Positions 47,321 to 61,225 of a DNA stretch of 64,000 bases are shown here, in pieces. The notes below the pieces were generated by a model, which was not told the origin of the DNA, did not search any database, and worked only from the letters and a program-made list of their open reading frames with translations. Made by a program: the position numbers and the translations under genes. The stretch is from the human T2T-CHM13v2.0 reference genome, Homo sapiens. Numbering within the stretch: position 1 is the first letter of the stretch; each line of letters starts with the position of its first letter. The stretch lies in the NCBI RefSeq assembly GCF_009914755.1, contig NC_060925.1; one strand, written 5' to 3'.

Positions 47321-47889
47321 TGTAAGAATTAAAGAAAGAGGAAAGATACATGAAAGGTGGCTTGACAGTTAAGGACGGGTTTATTTTAGAGAAAACAAAC
47401 ATGAGAGGGGCTTCTGGCTGAGTTAGGTTAGAGCCTACTTTCTTAGAGACTAAGAGTTTTTAAGGATTCAGGGTGGAAGAGTTTATCAGAGGCTTGTACT
47501 GCTTCTGTGTTTCTTTGTTGCACTTATCTGGGAGGGAGAGCTTTGTGTCTGTTCCCATACATCTTCCTGCAGCTGCAGGCATACCCACCCTCCTCCCAAG
47601 TCTGCTTTTAGCTTCCCTTAGTGCACTTAAATGGAAAGGAATGTGCTTATTAAGGCCCACTGTTTTACTGGGGCCCATTGTATGAGGGTGAAGTTTGGCA
47701 GTTACCCAAGAGACTTCCCCACCACCTCCCTCTGTGCCCCAGCTGTCTTATCTGTATTTTACTGTCTGCTCTTTCTGGGCACTTGTTGTTAGAAGAAAAG
47801 TGATTTCCTTGAAATGCATGAGGCTAGAAAAAGAGCTGGAACTTAAAGTGGCAGTGTTTGTCCAAGATGATGGTGCTCCTGCTCTGTCA
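47321..47889 (-). mobile_element. ERV1 solo LTR (LTR19-like)
   Basis: Minus strand reads tgacagagcaggagcaccatc...ttaattcttaca; 5-bp TSD gggag. Confidence 0.82.
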
Positions 47890-48424
47890 GGGAGGACTGA
47901 GTTTGGTGTTTGACATATTGATACTGAAGTATCCACATGGAGAGGCAAAATAAGGTATACAGGGTCTTAGGCTTAGAAGACAGGTGTGAGCTCAATTTAG
48001 AATTTTTCAAGTCATAGACGTAATAGATACATTTGCCTGTGGAGATATAATAGAATGTGAAAAGAGCCCAGGATTCAGCCTCGAGAAACTCCAACATTTA
48101 ATCACCAGACAGAGGAGGATAAACTGGAAAAAAAGATATATATGTATATAGAGAGGAAGAATGACCAGAGAGCTAAGCAGATAACCAGCAGATAATGATA
48201 TCTGGGGAAGACAGCAGAACAAATTATTTCAAGAAGAAAACAGTGGTTAATGTCAAATTCCACCAAGAACTGAAAAATGTTCATTGGCTTTGGCAATATG
48301 AAGGTGATCGTTAGTCATAATGAGAGAGACAGAGGCTAAATCAAAGTAGGTTGAACATTAGTAAAAGGTGTTGAAAAGGACAGGCCATCTGTAACTCTTT
48401 CAAGACATTAAGAAATTTGGCTGA

Positions 48425-48723
48425 GGCTGGGCACAGTTGCTCACACCTGTAATCCCAGCACTTTGGGAGGCTGAGGTGGGGAGATCACGAGGTCAGGAGA
48501 TTGAGACCATCTTGGCCAACATGGTGAAACCCCATCTCTACTAAAATACAAAAAAATTAGCCGGGTGTGGTGGTGCGTGCCTGTAATCTCAGCTACTTGG
48601 GAGGCTGAGGCAGGGGAATCACTTGAATCCAGGAGGTGGAGGTTTCAGTGAACTGAGATCAAGCCACTGCACTCCAGCCTGGGTGACAGAGCAAGACTCC
48701 GTCTCAAAAAGTTAAAAAAAAAA

Positions 48724-48759
<36 letters not shown>

Positions 48760-48787
48760 GAGAAAGAAGGAAAGAAAGAAAGAAAAA
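48425..48787 (+). mobile_element. AluSc-like with (GAAA)n tail
   Basis: gagattgagaccatcttggccaac; TSD aagaaattt(g/a)gct. Confidence 0.93.
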
Positions 48788-49954
48788 GAAATTTAGCTCT
48801 GAAAGTGAGGAGAAAGGGTTAGAAGTTGGGGGAAGAAAGTCTTTTGAGATTTTTTTTAGCTCTTTTAAATGTCACGGGGAATGATCCAATGTTAGAACAC
48901 AGTTGAAAATACAGGCAAGAGTGGAATTGTTTGATAGTTAAATGTTTCTGAAAAATCAGGAAAGAGTAGAATCCAAGACCTCATGTGAAAGAACTGACCT
49001 TCAATAAGAGAAGAGAGAAAATGGAAAAAAGAAAAGATGAATGCAGATGGAGGTTCCTAGAGTTGCTAGCAGGAAATTGGGAGACTAGATCTCCGACGGC
49101 TTCTCAGTGAAGAAGGAGGTGAGAAGACAGGCAGAAAAGGGTCAGTTATGGTTGGAAGGGTGAGGAGTATAAAGAAGATACAAAGTAATCATTGATAAAG
49201 TGAATTAAAAAGAGGAAAACAATGGTAAGGTTGCCACACAAGGTTGAGTCTATTTGAAATTAGTTATCCTGAATTTATCCACCAGTGCAACCTGCCATGT
49301 GGCTCTATCTCAGTGCTTAGGTAAGGAAAGCAGAAAGTAACAATGATTGAGGTTTGGGATTTTCTAAACAGTTGCCATAAGGAAGCAGGCAAAGGAGTTT
49401 GTTACTGGCAGGAGTGCTGTTGAACTTGTGGTATAGACTTTTGACTGATTAAGGAAGGAACTGAAGAAAGAGTGGGCAAGTAGATTAGAATAAGGGGAAA
49501 GGCGACAGAAAGTTCTCATGAAGTCAAACGAAGGTCAAGCAGTTTGACACTGAAATAGGTAAGCTGAATGCAGTGGAGATTGTATGTAGACAGCAGGATG
49601 TCTGAATTAGAGATTTTGGAAGTGGTGCCATATTAGGACATGACAAAGTCTAGGGTGTTACCAAGGGGGTATTTTGTTGGAAGTATCTGCTTGAAATCAT
49701 GTTAAATTTAAACCTCACTCTCCAAAGTCAGTATAATTACACTTATAATTTTTAATCCTGGCATTGGCGTTTATACTGTCAAAAATAAATAAATCCAATA
49801 GGGATAAGTTTGCATATTCTGTCTCTAAATCCATTCCCACAAATTGCATTTACATGTCTTCAACTGATAGCAACTGTAACAATTTATATTTAGGCTTGCA
49901 GACTTCCTCTTGATGACATTCAAATTTTTTACCCATTTATCAGAATTTCCTAAA

Positions 49955-50148
49955 ACTGTGGTTCACAACCTTCGTTGGTTATCAGAATCACCTGGGGAAC
50001 TTTTAAATTCATAAATTCTCAGCCTGTTCTGATTCAGTGAACAGTGAACCTGATTCAGTAGTTCCCAGGTGGGGCATGAGAATCTGTACATTTAAAAAAA
50101 AAGCTTCCCAGGTGATTCTGACAATTGGTCAGGGATGACAAGCATTGC
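49955..50148. mobile_element. MER5A-type hAT MITE
   Basis: atcagaatcacctggggaactttt...aagcttcccaggtgattctg. Confidence 0.75.
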
Positions 50149-51329
50149 CCTCAGAGATGAGTAAGTATTCCTCAGTTGACCTGCCACTGACTTCTCAATT
50201 CCTCAATACAAATTTCTGGAGCTACACATCCCAAAGGAACCAGCTTGAATGCTGGAAGAAGGAACCACAAACTATAAACTAATGGAGCTAAAATTTACCT
50301 TTTTAGGGCTAATTTATGGGTTTTGAATACTTTTAAAATATTAAGACAATTCTGTTATGTTACCACCTGGTTTTTTTTTAAAAGGGGCTACCTATTTCAT
50401 GATTTCTCTTTTATAAGAGTAACACTTAGATGATAATTTTATTGCAAGACTATTATATTATAATTGTGTGATATACTTTACTGTAAAAATAGTATAATTA
50501 TTTGTGATGTCAATTGCCAAGTTTTCTTATCTATGCTCCCATATCTGAGTTTTGGAAATTGAAAAAAAGAGAGAGAACTTGGGAAGCTATTGTAGAAGCC
50601 TAGGTTAGAGGTGACGATGGTGAAAACTACAAAAATAGCAGAATGGACCCAAAAAAGAGAAAAAAGTTGAAAGAGGTTTATAAGATAGAATAGACAAAGT
50701 TGGGATTAGGAATAATATCTTCACATTTCTGTAGGAGTTTGAAAACTAACTTTCTATTAATCATATCTTTAAGTGCCACAAAGTAGAAGTCTTTTTAATT
50801 TTGGTTTAAAGACAATATATTTAGTCTTATTTCAAGTTATATGATTATTCCTAATATTAGCTTATATTTTAACCAAAAAATAATCAGAGACTTAAAACCA
50901 ACTTTCAAATTTGCAGTTGTAACAAACATACTTTAACCTAAAAGAAGAATTGAAAGGCAAGTGCAATGTACCTTGGTTCCTATTTCCTATGGGAACTGTT
51001 GTGAGAATTTAAGACAAAACCCATGGGGGAAGGGAGGAAGTGAATTCAATTATGTAACACAGACAAACCAGAGAATAGCAGATTAAAACAGGTGTAAAAT
51101 TCACCAACTCTAGGTGAAGGAAATTAAACCCTTTTAAAGTCCATATGTTTAGAAATATAGCTCAACTACAACAACGCTACTGGAGCCTATGAGCGATCTA
51201 TAAGTGTGTGCTTTCATTTTACTTCTAATCTCACAAAATAATTATTCCTAGCAATTGATAGTTTATTCCAAAAAGAAGCCTGACTTTGGCCCTCTCACTG
51301 ACCTGGAAGAATTTTTGATGACATGTGTG

Positions 51330-51960
51330 TTAAATGTGTGATTGAGGTGAAGTAGGGATGAATAGCCAGAGCTGGTTAAAAGGATAAGCATCCAAAATAA
51401 TACTGACCTAGGAAAGCTTTAGGTCAAACCTGCCATATAGAAATACTACAAATATAACTATTTGTTAATATAAGTACTGTTGCATTATTAATTTTATAAA
51501 AATCTTCAAATGTTCAAATGTGTAAATTCAATATGGATACCAGGATGGCTTATGAACAGCACATGAGAAAACAACTTCATGATGTAATTAACTCAGTGAG
51601 TCAATAATGTGATAGAACTGTCTAAATCACTTCTGTCATGTTGGACCACATTAGTACAAGTTTAGTGTGCAGGAAAAAAGAGACGATAATCTCATGCTTT
51701 TCTTTGCTGATTACACTGTACAATATTGAGGTCAGCTTTGCCCCCCACATTTTAGAATGAGAGTGATCAAAATATGTTGTATCCACCAGCAAGTGAAGAA
51801 ACTGGTACAAGAACTTAAATCCATAATATAATTAATAAAAGAAGTAAAATGCTTGGCCTATAGAAGGACATGATAGCTGGTGTCAGATATGGGAATTAGC
51901 AAATGACAGGATTCAGTAAGGCCAATGGTTGAAAACAGCAGGTGGGCAAATTTTGTCTCC
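51330..51960 (+). mobile_element. L3/CR1 fragment
   Basis: Degenerate CR1 motifs (gagtcaataatgtgat; ccccacattttagaat; gacatgatagctg). Confidence 0.45.
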
Positions 51961-51983
51961 ATGCCAAAACAAGTAAAGAGAGA

Positions 51984-52330
<347 letters not shown>

Positions 52331-52459
52331 CTAATAAAGCTCTTTGCAGATAATGTTAAAACAGAGTGTATTGGTTTCAAAAAAATAAAATAAAATAAAA
52401 GAGAGTGTATTGCATAAAGCACAGGAAAGAAATGTTCAAAAGCCCCAAACATTTTCAAA

Positions 52460-52635
52460 TATGGGTGCCAAGCTGACTATATTAAAATGACCACCTGGAA
52501 AATCATCAAAAACACAGGTTCTAGTTCCTTTATCTGGGAGATTCTGAGTTCTTTAGCCTAGATTCAGACACAGAATCTATCTTTAACATGTTCCCGGGTA
52601 ATTGTGATGACCAGCCATGTTTAGAAATCACTGAA
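52460..52635. mobile_element. MER5-type MITE
   Basis: gagattctgagttc...ttcccgggtaattgtgatg...ttagaaatcactg. Confidence 0.5.
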
Positions 52636-53364
52636 TCATGTTGTATCTAAAATTCTATTCCAATCTAAACCCTGTAATTCCAATGCTTATGAAAGATTAT
52701 GCTATTGGCCAAATGGCCTAAGAAAATATTCAATGAGGTTAATATTTCATTTATATTTATTTTATCATGCTTAATTTATAAGAATATCCTAAAAATATCA
52801 CCTGAAAGAGAATTTGGAAGCATGAAGAAACAAGAACAAACTCTAGTTTGTTTATTGTCTAGTTATTCTACTAGATTGACTAAGAACACTGATGTGTGTC
52901 AGATGTCATGGAAGTCCCAGGGTCAAATCTAATACCCCTTTACCATCCTGCAGAAAGCACCGGTCTTTCTTGGTTTGATTAGAGGGATTTTCCAAAAAGG
53001 AGAAAAGGGTCTTTTGTCCAAATATCCAGCTGTACTGTCTGATGAGCACTTATTTAAAAAACATATTAGAAAGAACATTGCTTACGATGAGAAGTTTTAC
53101 AAAGCACAAAAGTCCTTCAGTCAGCGTGAACATTAGCCAGTAACGCTCAAGAATTGTTTCTGTGATATTCACTATCTAGTTCTGGATTCTTCTTTCACTG
53201 TGTATACTCAAACATGTGGCACTGGATTTTGGAGAGTAATTTGTTTCCTTAGAGCGGGATTGCTGAACTGAAAAAGCAGGACAAAGGCAGAGTTTCTATA
53301 GATGAGGCTGTAGGCCCATTTTCAATATATCAGTCTCGAAAGTGCAAAGGAAGACACTTTAAAA

Positions 53365-53520
53365 AATCATAAGACACAAGAGCTGAAACAGCCCTTAAGG
53401 ATGTTAGAGTTCAACCCCTCCTTTTATAAATGAGGAAACCAAGTCCAGAGAAAGAATGTGAATTGACCAAAGTCCTTCCCTTAGTGATGGAATTGGCACG
53501 AGAATGTGAGCCTCCATTCT
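53365..53520 (-). mobile_element. MIR fragment
   Basis: ttttataaatgaggaaaccaagtccagagaaag...ttgaccaaagtc. Confidence 0.6.
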
Positions 53521-55127
53521 CAGGCAAGTAGTAGAAGAAATTCCAAGAGTATCGACCTCAGACACCACTCAGGAAAAGGAGCCCCATCAAAGTGAAGGGA
53601 GGCAGTGCTGATGGGAGATGTAATTAACAGTTCATTTAGCCTGTGCTGACAGTGAGAACTGGATGGCAATTTGCTCTGCATGTAGAAAACGTGCATAAGA
53701 TGACAGTGGTAGGGAATCAATGATTGCGGTAATTCATGAGCAAGGCACTGGAGAAAGAAAATGTAAGAAAAGAACTAAAGGCTAAATTCAGGTTATTGGG
53801 ATAAAAATTAAACCTGGGATCTCTAGATTAGTATTTCCTGAGGTGCTGTTTCTATTATAAATAGAACATAAGAACTAGGAAAAGAACCAGAAACAGCATA
53901 TAAAGAAGGCAATACTGCTAAGAAAGAGATTTAGATGCATAGAACATGCTGTGGATTTAGGGGAAGCTGCAGAGGGAAAGATAACACCTAGATAGAAAGC
54001 AATGGCTTCCCCTCTAACACTACCCTGGGATCACATTATTGGCACGAAAATAACGTAAGGTCAGAAAAATTTTTAAGTTAGGATAAATGTTAGAAGAGTC
54101 CTCAAATGAACTCGTGTCCAGGAGGAAATATTATGGCCCATATAAGAAGGGAATTGGGACTTTGGTCTCCCTATCAAATTGGAAAAGAACAAAATCTTGA
54201 AAAATAAGACTTTACGGAAGGGATATAAAGCTAAAATTTAACTAGTTGTGATTCAGTTTTTTCTAATAGGAGTCTGGAATCATAGTTAAGCTGGGTAAAT
54301 GATTAAGTAAATTTTGTTCAGTAGAATATTATGTGATTATTAAAGTGATACATATGAAGATTTTGGAAATACATTAACGAAAATTTATGACCTAAGATAA
54401 GTGAAAAAAACATGTATCATAGGGTTATTTTGATAATTGATATGGAAATAATTTTAAATGATAAAGTGTATTTATACTACACAATATATAGAAAATTTAT
54501 TTTTTCATTGGGATGAAGATTAAGAATCAAATAATCAAGATTAAGGTCACAGAATACATGTAGCTGTTGTTTTAAGAAGAGTGGCTTATGGGCCTAAATT
54601 TTTATAAAGTGGTTCAAATAATGAGCATTAAAAATACGGTGAAATCAGATTCTTGGCTAAAATTGAGAACCCATATATAAGGTAAACTTCAAAGTCTTGG
54701 TAGAAGGAACTTAATGAATAAAATATGATTTTACTATACCATAAAATATTTACAAAGAGTGATGGTTTATCAATAGGAAACATATAGGAAAAATATACAC
54801 TGTAATTGTGTAATGGGCTTATTGAAAGTGAAGGAACTGTGGAAATTTTTTAGTGAAACTTCTTTAAAGTATAGAAAAAAGATCAGAGAGCACTTGACTG
54901 GGAAAACAAAGTAGACTCCCAAACTCCAAATTAGTTTGGAAAGGCTGAGAAAAGTGACAAGATGTAGAATATTGGTTTTGTATGAGATAAATGGCAACTT
55001 CCAAAATCAGGTGATCAAAATCACAAGGAAAGAAATTCACGCATGTACATGTTCAGTTTTGCTGAGAGAAGTCTTCTTTCCTTGTCTTCTCAGAATCCTA
55101 TCACAGTAAATGCTCAGATAGAAGTTT

Positions 55128-56620
55128 TTGAATAAGAAGTCCTTTACCCGCTTGTTTTTGTCAGCTTTGTTAAAGATCAGATAGTTGTAAGTGTGTGGGC
55201 TTATTTCTGGTTTCTGTATTATGTTCCATTGGCCTATGTGTCTATTTTTGTGCCAGTGCCATGCTGTTTTTGGTTACTGTGTTCCTGTAGTATAGTTTGA
55301 AGTCAGGTAGTATGATGCCTCCAGCTTTGTCATTTTTGCTTAGGGTTGCTTGGTGCTGGGATAACTGGCTACCCATATGCAGAAGAAGATTGAAACTGGA
55401 CCCCTTCCTTACACCTTATACAAAAATTAACTCAAGGTGGATTAAAGACTTAAGTGTAAAACACAAAACTATAAAAACCCTGGAAGACAATCTGGGCAAT
55501 ACCGTTCTGGACACAGGAATGAGCAAAGATGTCAAGACGAAGATGCCAAAACAATTGCAACAAAAGCAAAAACTGACAAATGGGATTTAATCAAACTAAA
55601 GAGCTGCTGCACAGCAAAATAAACTATCAACAAAGTGAACAGACGGAATGGGAGAAAATTTTTGCAAACCGTGCGTCTGATAAAGTTATAATATCCAGAA
55701 TTTATAAGGAACTTAAGCAAATTTACAAGAAGAAAAACAATCCCATTAAAAAGTGGACAAAGGACATGAACAGACACTTTGCAAAAGAAGGCATACATGC
55801 AGCTAACAATCATATAAAAAAAGCTCTACATGACTGATGAATAGAGAAATGGAAATCAAAACCTCAATGAGATACCATCTCATGCCAGTCAGAATGGCGA
55901 ATATTAAAAAGCCAAAAACAACAGATGTTGGCAAGGTGGCAGAGAAAAAAGAACACTTACACACTTTTGGTGGGCATGTAAATTGGTTCAATTATTAAGG
56001 AAGACAGTGTGGCAATTCCTCGAAGACCAAAAACAGAACTACTATTTGATCCAGCAATCTCATTACTGGGTATATACCCAAAGGAATATAAATCATTCTG
56101 CCATAAAGACACATGCACATGAATGTTCACTGCAGCACTGTTCACAGTAGCAGAGACATGGAATCAACCTAAATGCCCATCAGTGGTAGACTGGATAAAG
56201 AAAATGTGGTACATACACACTGTAGAATACTATGCACACATGAAAAAGAACAAGAACTATGCACCCATAAAAAAGAACAAGATCATCCTTTGCAAAAACA
56301 TGAATGGAGCTGGAGGCCATTGTCCTTAGCAAACTAATGCGGGAACAGAAAACCAAATACCGCATGTTATAACTTGCAAGTCGTGGTGAAACAATGAGAA
56401 CACATGGACACATAAAGGGCAACAATGCACAGTATTGGACCTATTGGAGGGTGGAGGGTAGGAGGAGGGAGAGGATCAGGAAAAATAATTAATGGGTACT
56501 AGGCTTAATACCTGGGTGATAAAATAATCTGTACAACAAACCCCCATGACACAAGTTTACCTATATAACAAACCTGCCATGAACCCATGAACTTAAAATA
56601 AAAGTAATATTTAAAAAACA
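55128..56620 (+). mobile_element. Truncated L1PA (older primate subfamily) with a 5' inversion: 55128-55350 minus, 55351-56620 plus
   Basis: The two segments are adjacent in L1 ORF2; TSD agaagtttttg. Confidence 0.92.
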
Positions 56621-56774
56621 CACAGAAGTTTTTGGGTTGTCTTGCTCCTACTACGAAAACCCTATGCAGTTTAAACATGACTAAGGACATTCTCCTTTTT
56701 AATAATACTTATCTAAGTCACAGACATCTCAATGTTCCAAGTTTCTAAATTACCCTTACAAGCTTCTTTCATTA

Positions 56775-57236
56775 GCTCCTATCTCGCTTTGGGCTCTCCC
56801 AGAGGCAGATTTGGGTGTAAGTAGTCTATAGGGAACGCGATGCTGGGAAGTACTGGTAGCGGCATGGTGAAAGTGAGACAGGGAAAAGAAGTAAACTGAC
56901 AAAGTGTGGGTGCTCATACTAGTTACCACTGAACACAACTGCTGGCATTCAGCCTTACTGGGGACCTCTGAGGGATGGTGAAGAATCCACCTCATACTTA
57001 TTCCAAAGGAGGGGCAGAGAAGTGGGTGTATTTTGCCACCAACTTCCCATTTGCCATTAGTTGAGAACTGCTTATGGGAGCATGACTCTCCAGCAGTTCT
57101 GACTTGTCCTGTACTGGCCCAGCATGCTCCCATGGTGAGGCAGAGGGTCCCAGAGTTTGCCATAAACAGCCTTAGGTGGGTGTGTAGAGGAGAACGCCAA
57201 GGGGCACTTACAGCTATCTATAGCATCTTCTGCCAC
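56775..57236 (-). mobile_element. Old ERVL LTR (LTR33-like)
   Basis: tttgggctctcccagaggcagatttgggtgtaagtag...gaaagtgagacaggg...tctgccaca. Confidence 0.55.
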
Positions 57237-57779
57237 AGCTCCTTTCACAGAGACCAAAGGATATGTGCCAAGACACAATCTCTGTGCTTCTGCTTTTCTC
57301 TCTTTATGTGCATTTATCAAGAGAAGTCATTGTATTACCCATCACTTCATTTAGCTTCTCTGTGCTGAAAATTTTTTGTCTGTATTTCATATTCTGTTTT
57401 CTCCCCGAAACTTTTTTCACATTCCTGGTTGTCAACAGCATAAGTCCACTTGGATATCTCATTGTCAACCTTCAAAATCCCAAATCCTTTCTCATTGTTA
57501 TAGGAAAATTTCCATCATTCCACATATATTTTTTGAGCCCTAACTAGGATGCCAGGCATTGCCTAGGTAGTAGGGATATGCCAATCAATAAACTAGATTT
57601 GCCTTCACAGATTTTAATGTCTGAAGGCACATATAGGAATACAAGCAAATAAGCAGGTAATCCTAGATCAAAAAGCCCTGGGATATGGGGCAGGCTAGAG
57701 TGCTATGGGAGACAGTGGAAGGGCCTATGACCTGTGCATAAGGATTCAGGAAAGCTTCTTGAAAGAAGTGAGGCTCACG

Positions 57780-58440
57780 GTTCACAATTGCAAATATGTG
57801 GAACCAACCTAAGTGTCCACTGACTAATGAATGAATAAAGAAAATGTGGGGGCCGGGCACGGTGGCTCATGCCTGTAATCGCAGCACTTTGGGAGGCCGA
57901 GGCGGGTGGATCATGAGGTCAGGAGATTGAGACCATCCTGGCTAACATGGTGAAAACCCGTCTCTACTAAAAATACAAAAAATTAGCCGGGCTTGGTGGC
58001 GGGCACTTGTAGTCCCAACTACTCGGGAGGCTGAGGCAGGACAATGGCGTGAACCTATGTATACACCATACTACTCATACCAACACTACTCAGCCATTAA
58101 AAGGAAAGAAAGACTGTCTTTTGCAGCAACTTGGATGGAGCTGGAGGCCATTATTCTAAGTGAAATAACAGAGGAGGGGAAAACCAAAAACCATATATTC
58201 CTACTTATAAGTGGGATCTAAGCTATGAGTATGCAAAGGTATACAGAGTGATATAATGAACTTTGGAGACTCAGAAGGGGGAAGGTGGAAAGGAGGCCAG
58301 GGATGAAAAACTACACATTAAATACAATATATGCTATTTGGGTGACAAGTGCACTAAAATCTCAGAATTCACCACTATATAATTCATCTATGTAACAAAA
58401 AACCACTTGTACCCCAAAAGCTATTGAATTTTTTTTTTGT
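57780..58440 (+). mobile_element. L1PB/MA 3' fragment containing a 3'-deleted AluY (57851-58055)
   Basis: ttcacaattgcaaatatgtggaaccaacctaagtg...cacttgtaccccaaaagctattgaa. Confidence 0.85.
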
Positions 58441-58623
58441 AAAGGCCCAGAGTGAGACCAAAAGCATAAACAGAAAGTAGTGATTGTTATCATGGTTATC
58501 TTCCCAAGACTCAGCACAGGGCCCAGAGCAGACTAAGTTCCCAATTAATGTTTGACAAATGCATGAATAAGGAAAAAACATCTTGGACAGAGAAAAAAAT
58601 AGATGGGAGACTCAAAGTTTTGA

Positions 58624-59002
<379 letters not shown>

Positions 59003-59485
59003 TGATTAATCTTCATCTGGGCTGAATAATAGAGTAGAGGAGAAATATTCAGTCCAATAGATAGAAATGTGACTGCAAAGTTGTAGCATCCACTGTGCAC
59101 TCCCTTCTAGCTCCAATAACATTTTGAGCAGTTAAGTAGTAAAAGCACTAATCTAGTCTTGGGGAGTAGAGAAGGATCCCCAGGAAATGTGAGATTCAAA
59201 TTGAGACCTGATGGATTCAGAAGATGTCCTAAAGAGCAGTGGTGATGGTAGTGGCAGACAAGGAGGTGGAAGAATATCCCAGGCAAGGAAACAACTCATT
59301 CAAGGATGAAAGCTCGGAGACTTGGCAAGTTCAGGTGATAATGCAAGCAATTCAGTACTTCGGCGGGAAAGATGAGGCAAGAGGCTGAAGGATCCTGATA
59401 TTTAGTCTTACAGTTCATGTTAAGATATTTGGGGTACATGGAATGATGGGATCAGGTAGAAGAAAGGGTAAGATGGTGAGAAAAT

Positions 59486-60567
59486 CAGGCTGGCTAGTCA
59501 CCCACACAAGATTTCTCAAGGTTAACGTATGTGTCCCCATGTTCCAAGCCTCATCCCTGACTTCACAGTGTTAGAAAGTGGCTTCCATCAGCATAAGGAC
59601 CAGGGATTGTTTTCTAGTGGAGAGATTCACAGAAACAGAACTCCCAAGCAACCATTTTTATAAATTGTATGACTTTTCCAGTGACCAGTACCTTCATGTC
59701 TCCTACATGGATCCTCTCCTCTTTTTTCCTAACCAGCAGCTAGGCATCAGAAGGCTACTTCTCAAGTTGGAATCAAAGAAAAGATACAAGGAAAGTATAT
59801 TGAGAGAGGTTTCACCCAGTTTCACGCAAGGCTGTGACTCTTAACCCTGACTGTACATTAGAATCACTTGGGGAGCTTTTTAAAGTTACCGATTCCCCTT
59901 TGAAACCAATGATCAGGTTGGTGCAAAAGTAATTGCAGTTTTAATTAAAAGCAATTGCACAAACTGCAATTACTTTTGCACCAACTGATGGATCAGAATC
60001 TCTGAGAGTGAGCCCCAGTTTATTTTTGTGAGCCTCTTCCATGATTCTAATGCTCAGCCACTGATCTCACCAGCAAAGCTGTCTCATCAGGTTACAGCAG
60101 CGTCCAGATCAAAACCACAGTTACTTTTGCACAAACCTGATAATTGGTCTTGGAAGTGAATCAGTAAATTTAAAAAGCTCCCCAAGTGATTCTAATATAC
60201 TGTCAGGGTTAAGAGTCACAGCCTTGCGTGAAATTGGGTGAAACCTCTCTCAATATACTTTCCTTGTATCTTTTCTTGGATTCCAACTTGAGAAGTAGCC
60301 TTCTGATGCCTAGCTGCTGGTTAGGAAAAAAGAGGAGAGGATCCATGTAGGAGACATGAAGGTACTGGTCACTGGAAAAGCCATACAATTTATAAAAACG
60401 GTTGCTTGGGAGTTCTGTTTCTGTGAATCTCTCCACTAGAAAACAATCCATGGTCCTTATGCTGATGGAAGTCACTTTCTGAGACTGTGAAGTCAGGGAT
60501 GAGGCTTGGAACATGGGGACACATATGTTAACCTTGAGAAATCTTATGTGGGTGACTAGCCAGCCTG
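59486..60567. repeat. Long inverted repeat: arms 59486-59942 and 60111-60567, 168-bp spacer
   Basis: Manual reverse-complement alignment; the same peptide appears in ORFs 59578..59844(+) and 60209..60640(-). Confidence 0.97.
59913..59989. mobile_element. MADE1 (Hsmar1 mariner MITE) inserted in a MER5A-type element (~59832-60062)
   Basis: TIRs tcaggttggtgcaaaagtaattgc...gcaattacttttgcaccaactga. Confidence 0.9.
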
Positions 60568-60649
60568 GATACACAATGCCAACTTTCTTGTCTGTGGCCC
60601 CAGGTTTTCTAGTTTCTGTTGCAAACCACCTCTGTTTCATTGAAATATT

Positions 60650-61225
60650 CTTTCTTTTTTATTATAAAATATTTCAAATATACAGGAAAATCAGAAGAAC
60701 AGTGACCAACTATAAGCCCAATACCAAACTTTGCCATGTCTCATCATTTAGTACATGTGCTTCAGAATTTTTACAATAAAATAACAGCTATAAAGCCCCT
60801 TGTCCAATCCAAGTTCCCTCCTTCTACACTTAGAGGTAAGCACTATCCATAAAGTGGCATTCATCCTTTCTATGGATGTTTTATCATTTTACCAAAATTA
60901 GATACATTTTAAAACAAATGCATGTTGTTAAAAATGTATGCAAAACAGTACTGTTTCATATAGTCGTGATTTTTATATAAATGGCATCATCCTTCATGTA
61001 TCCTGCAATTTGCCATCTTTGCTTCAGTACGACTTTGAGTGCCATGCTAATGCATGTAGCTTTAATTCAATCATTTTCACTGATGCATAAATCATTAAAA
61101 ATTGTATAAATGCTTGAGTTTCTCTTGGGTGTATATAGAGGTGTAATTGTTGGGTCAATACATGTATACATCTTTAAATTTACTAGATATGAATAAATTA
61201 TTTTCCAAAGTAGTTCTAATTTTAT
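60650..61225 (-). mobile_element. Old L1M (ME/MC) 3' fragment
   Basis: ttattataaaatatttcaaatatacagg...tttccaaagtagttctaatttt. Confidence 0.6.

Larger units (their letters stand above)
46720..49690 (-). mobile_element. Extended L2 remnant interrupted by an LTR and an Alu
   Basis: Purine-rich reverse L2 motifs (gatttgcattttgaagatatcactc; gtggttaatgtcaaattccacc). Confidence 0.6.

Noticed and set aside
60209-60640. 143-aa ORF and its near-twin at 59578..59844
   Set aside because: The similarity comes from the inverted repeat. There is no recognisable domain and the left copy has an upstream stop.
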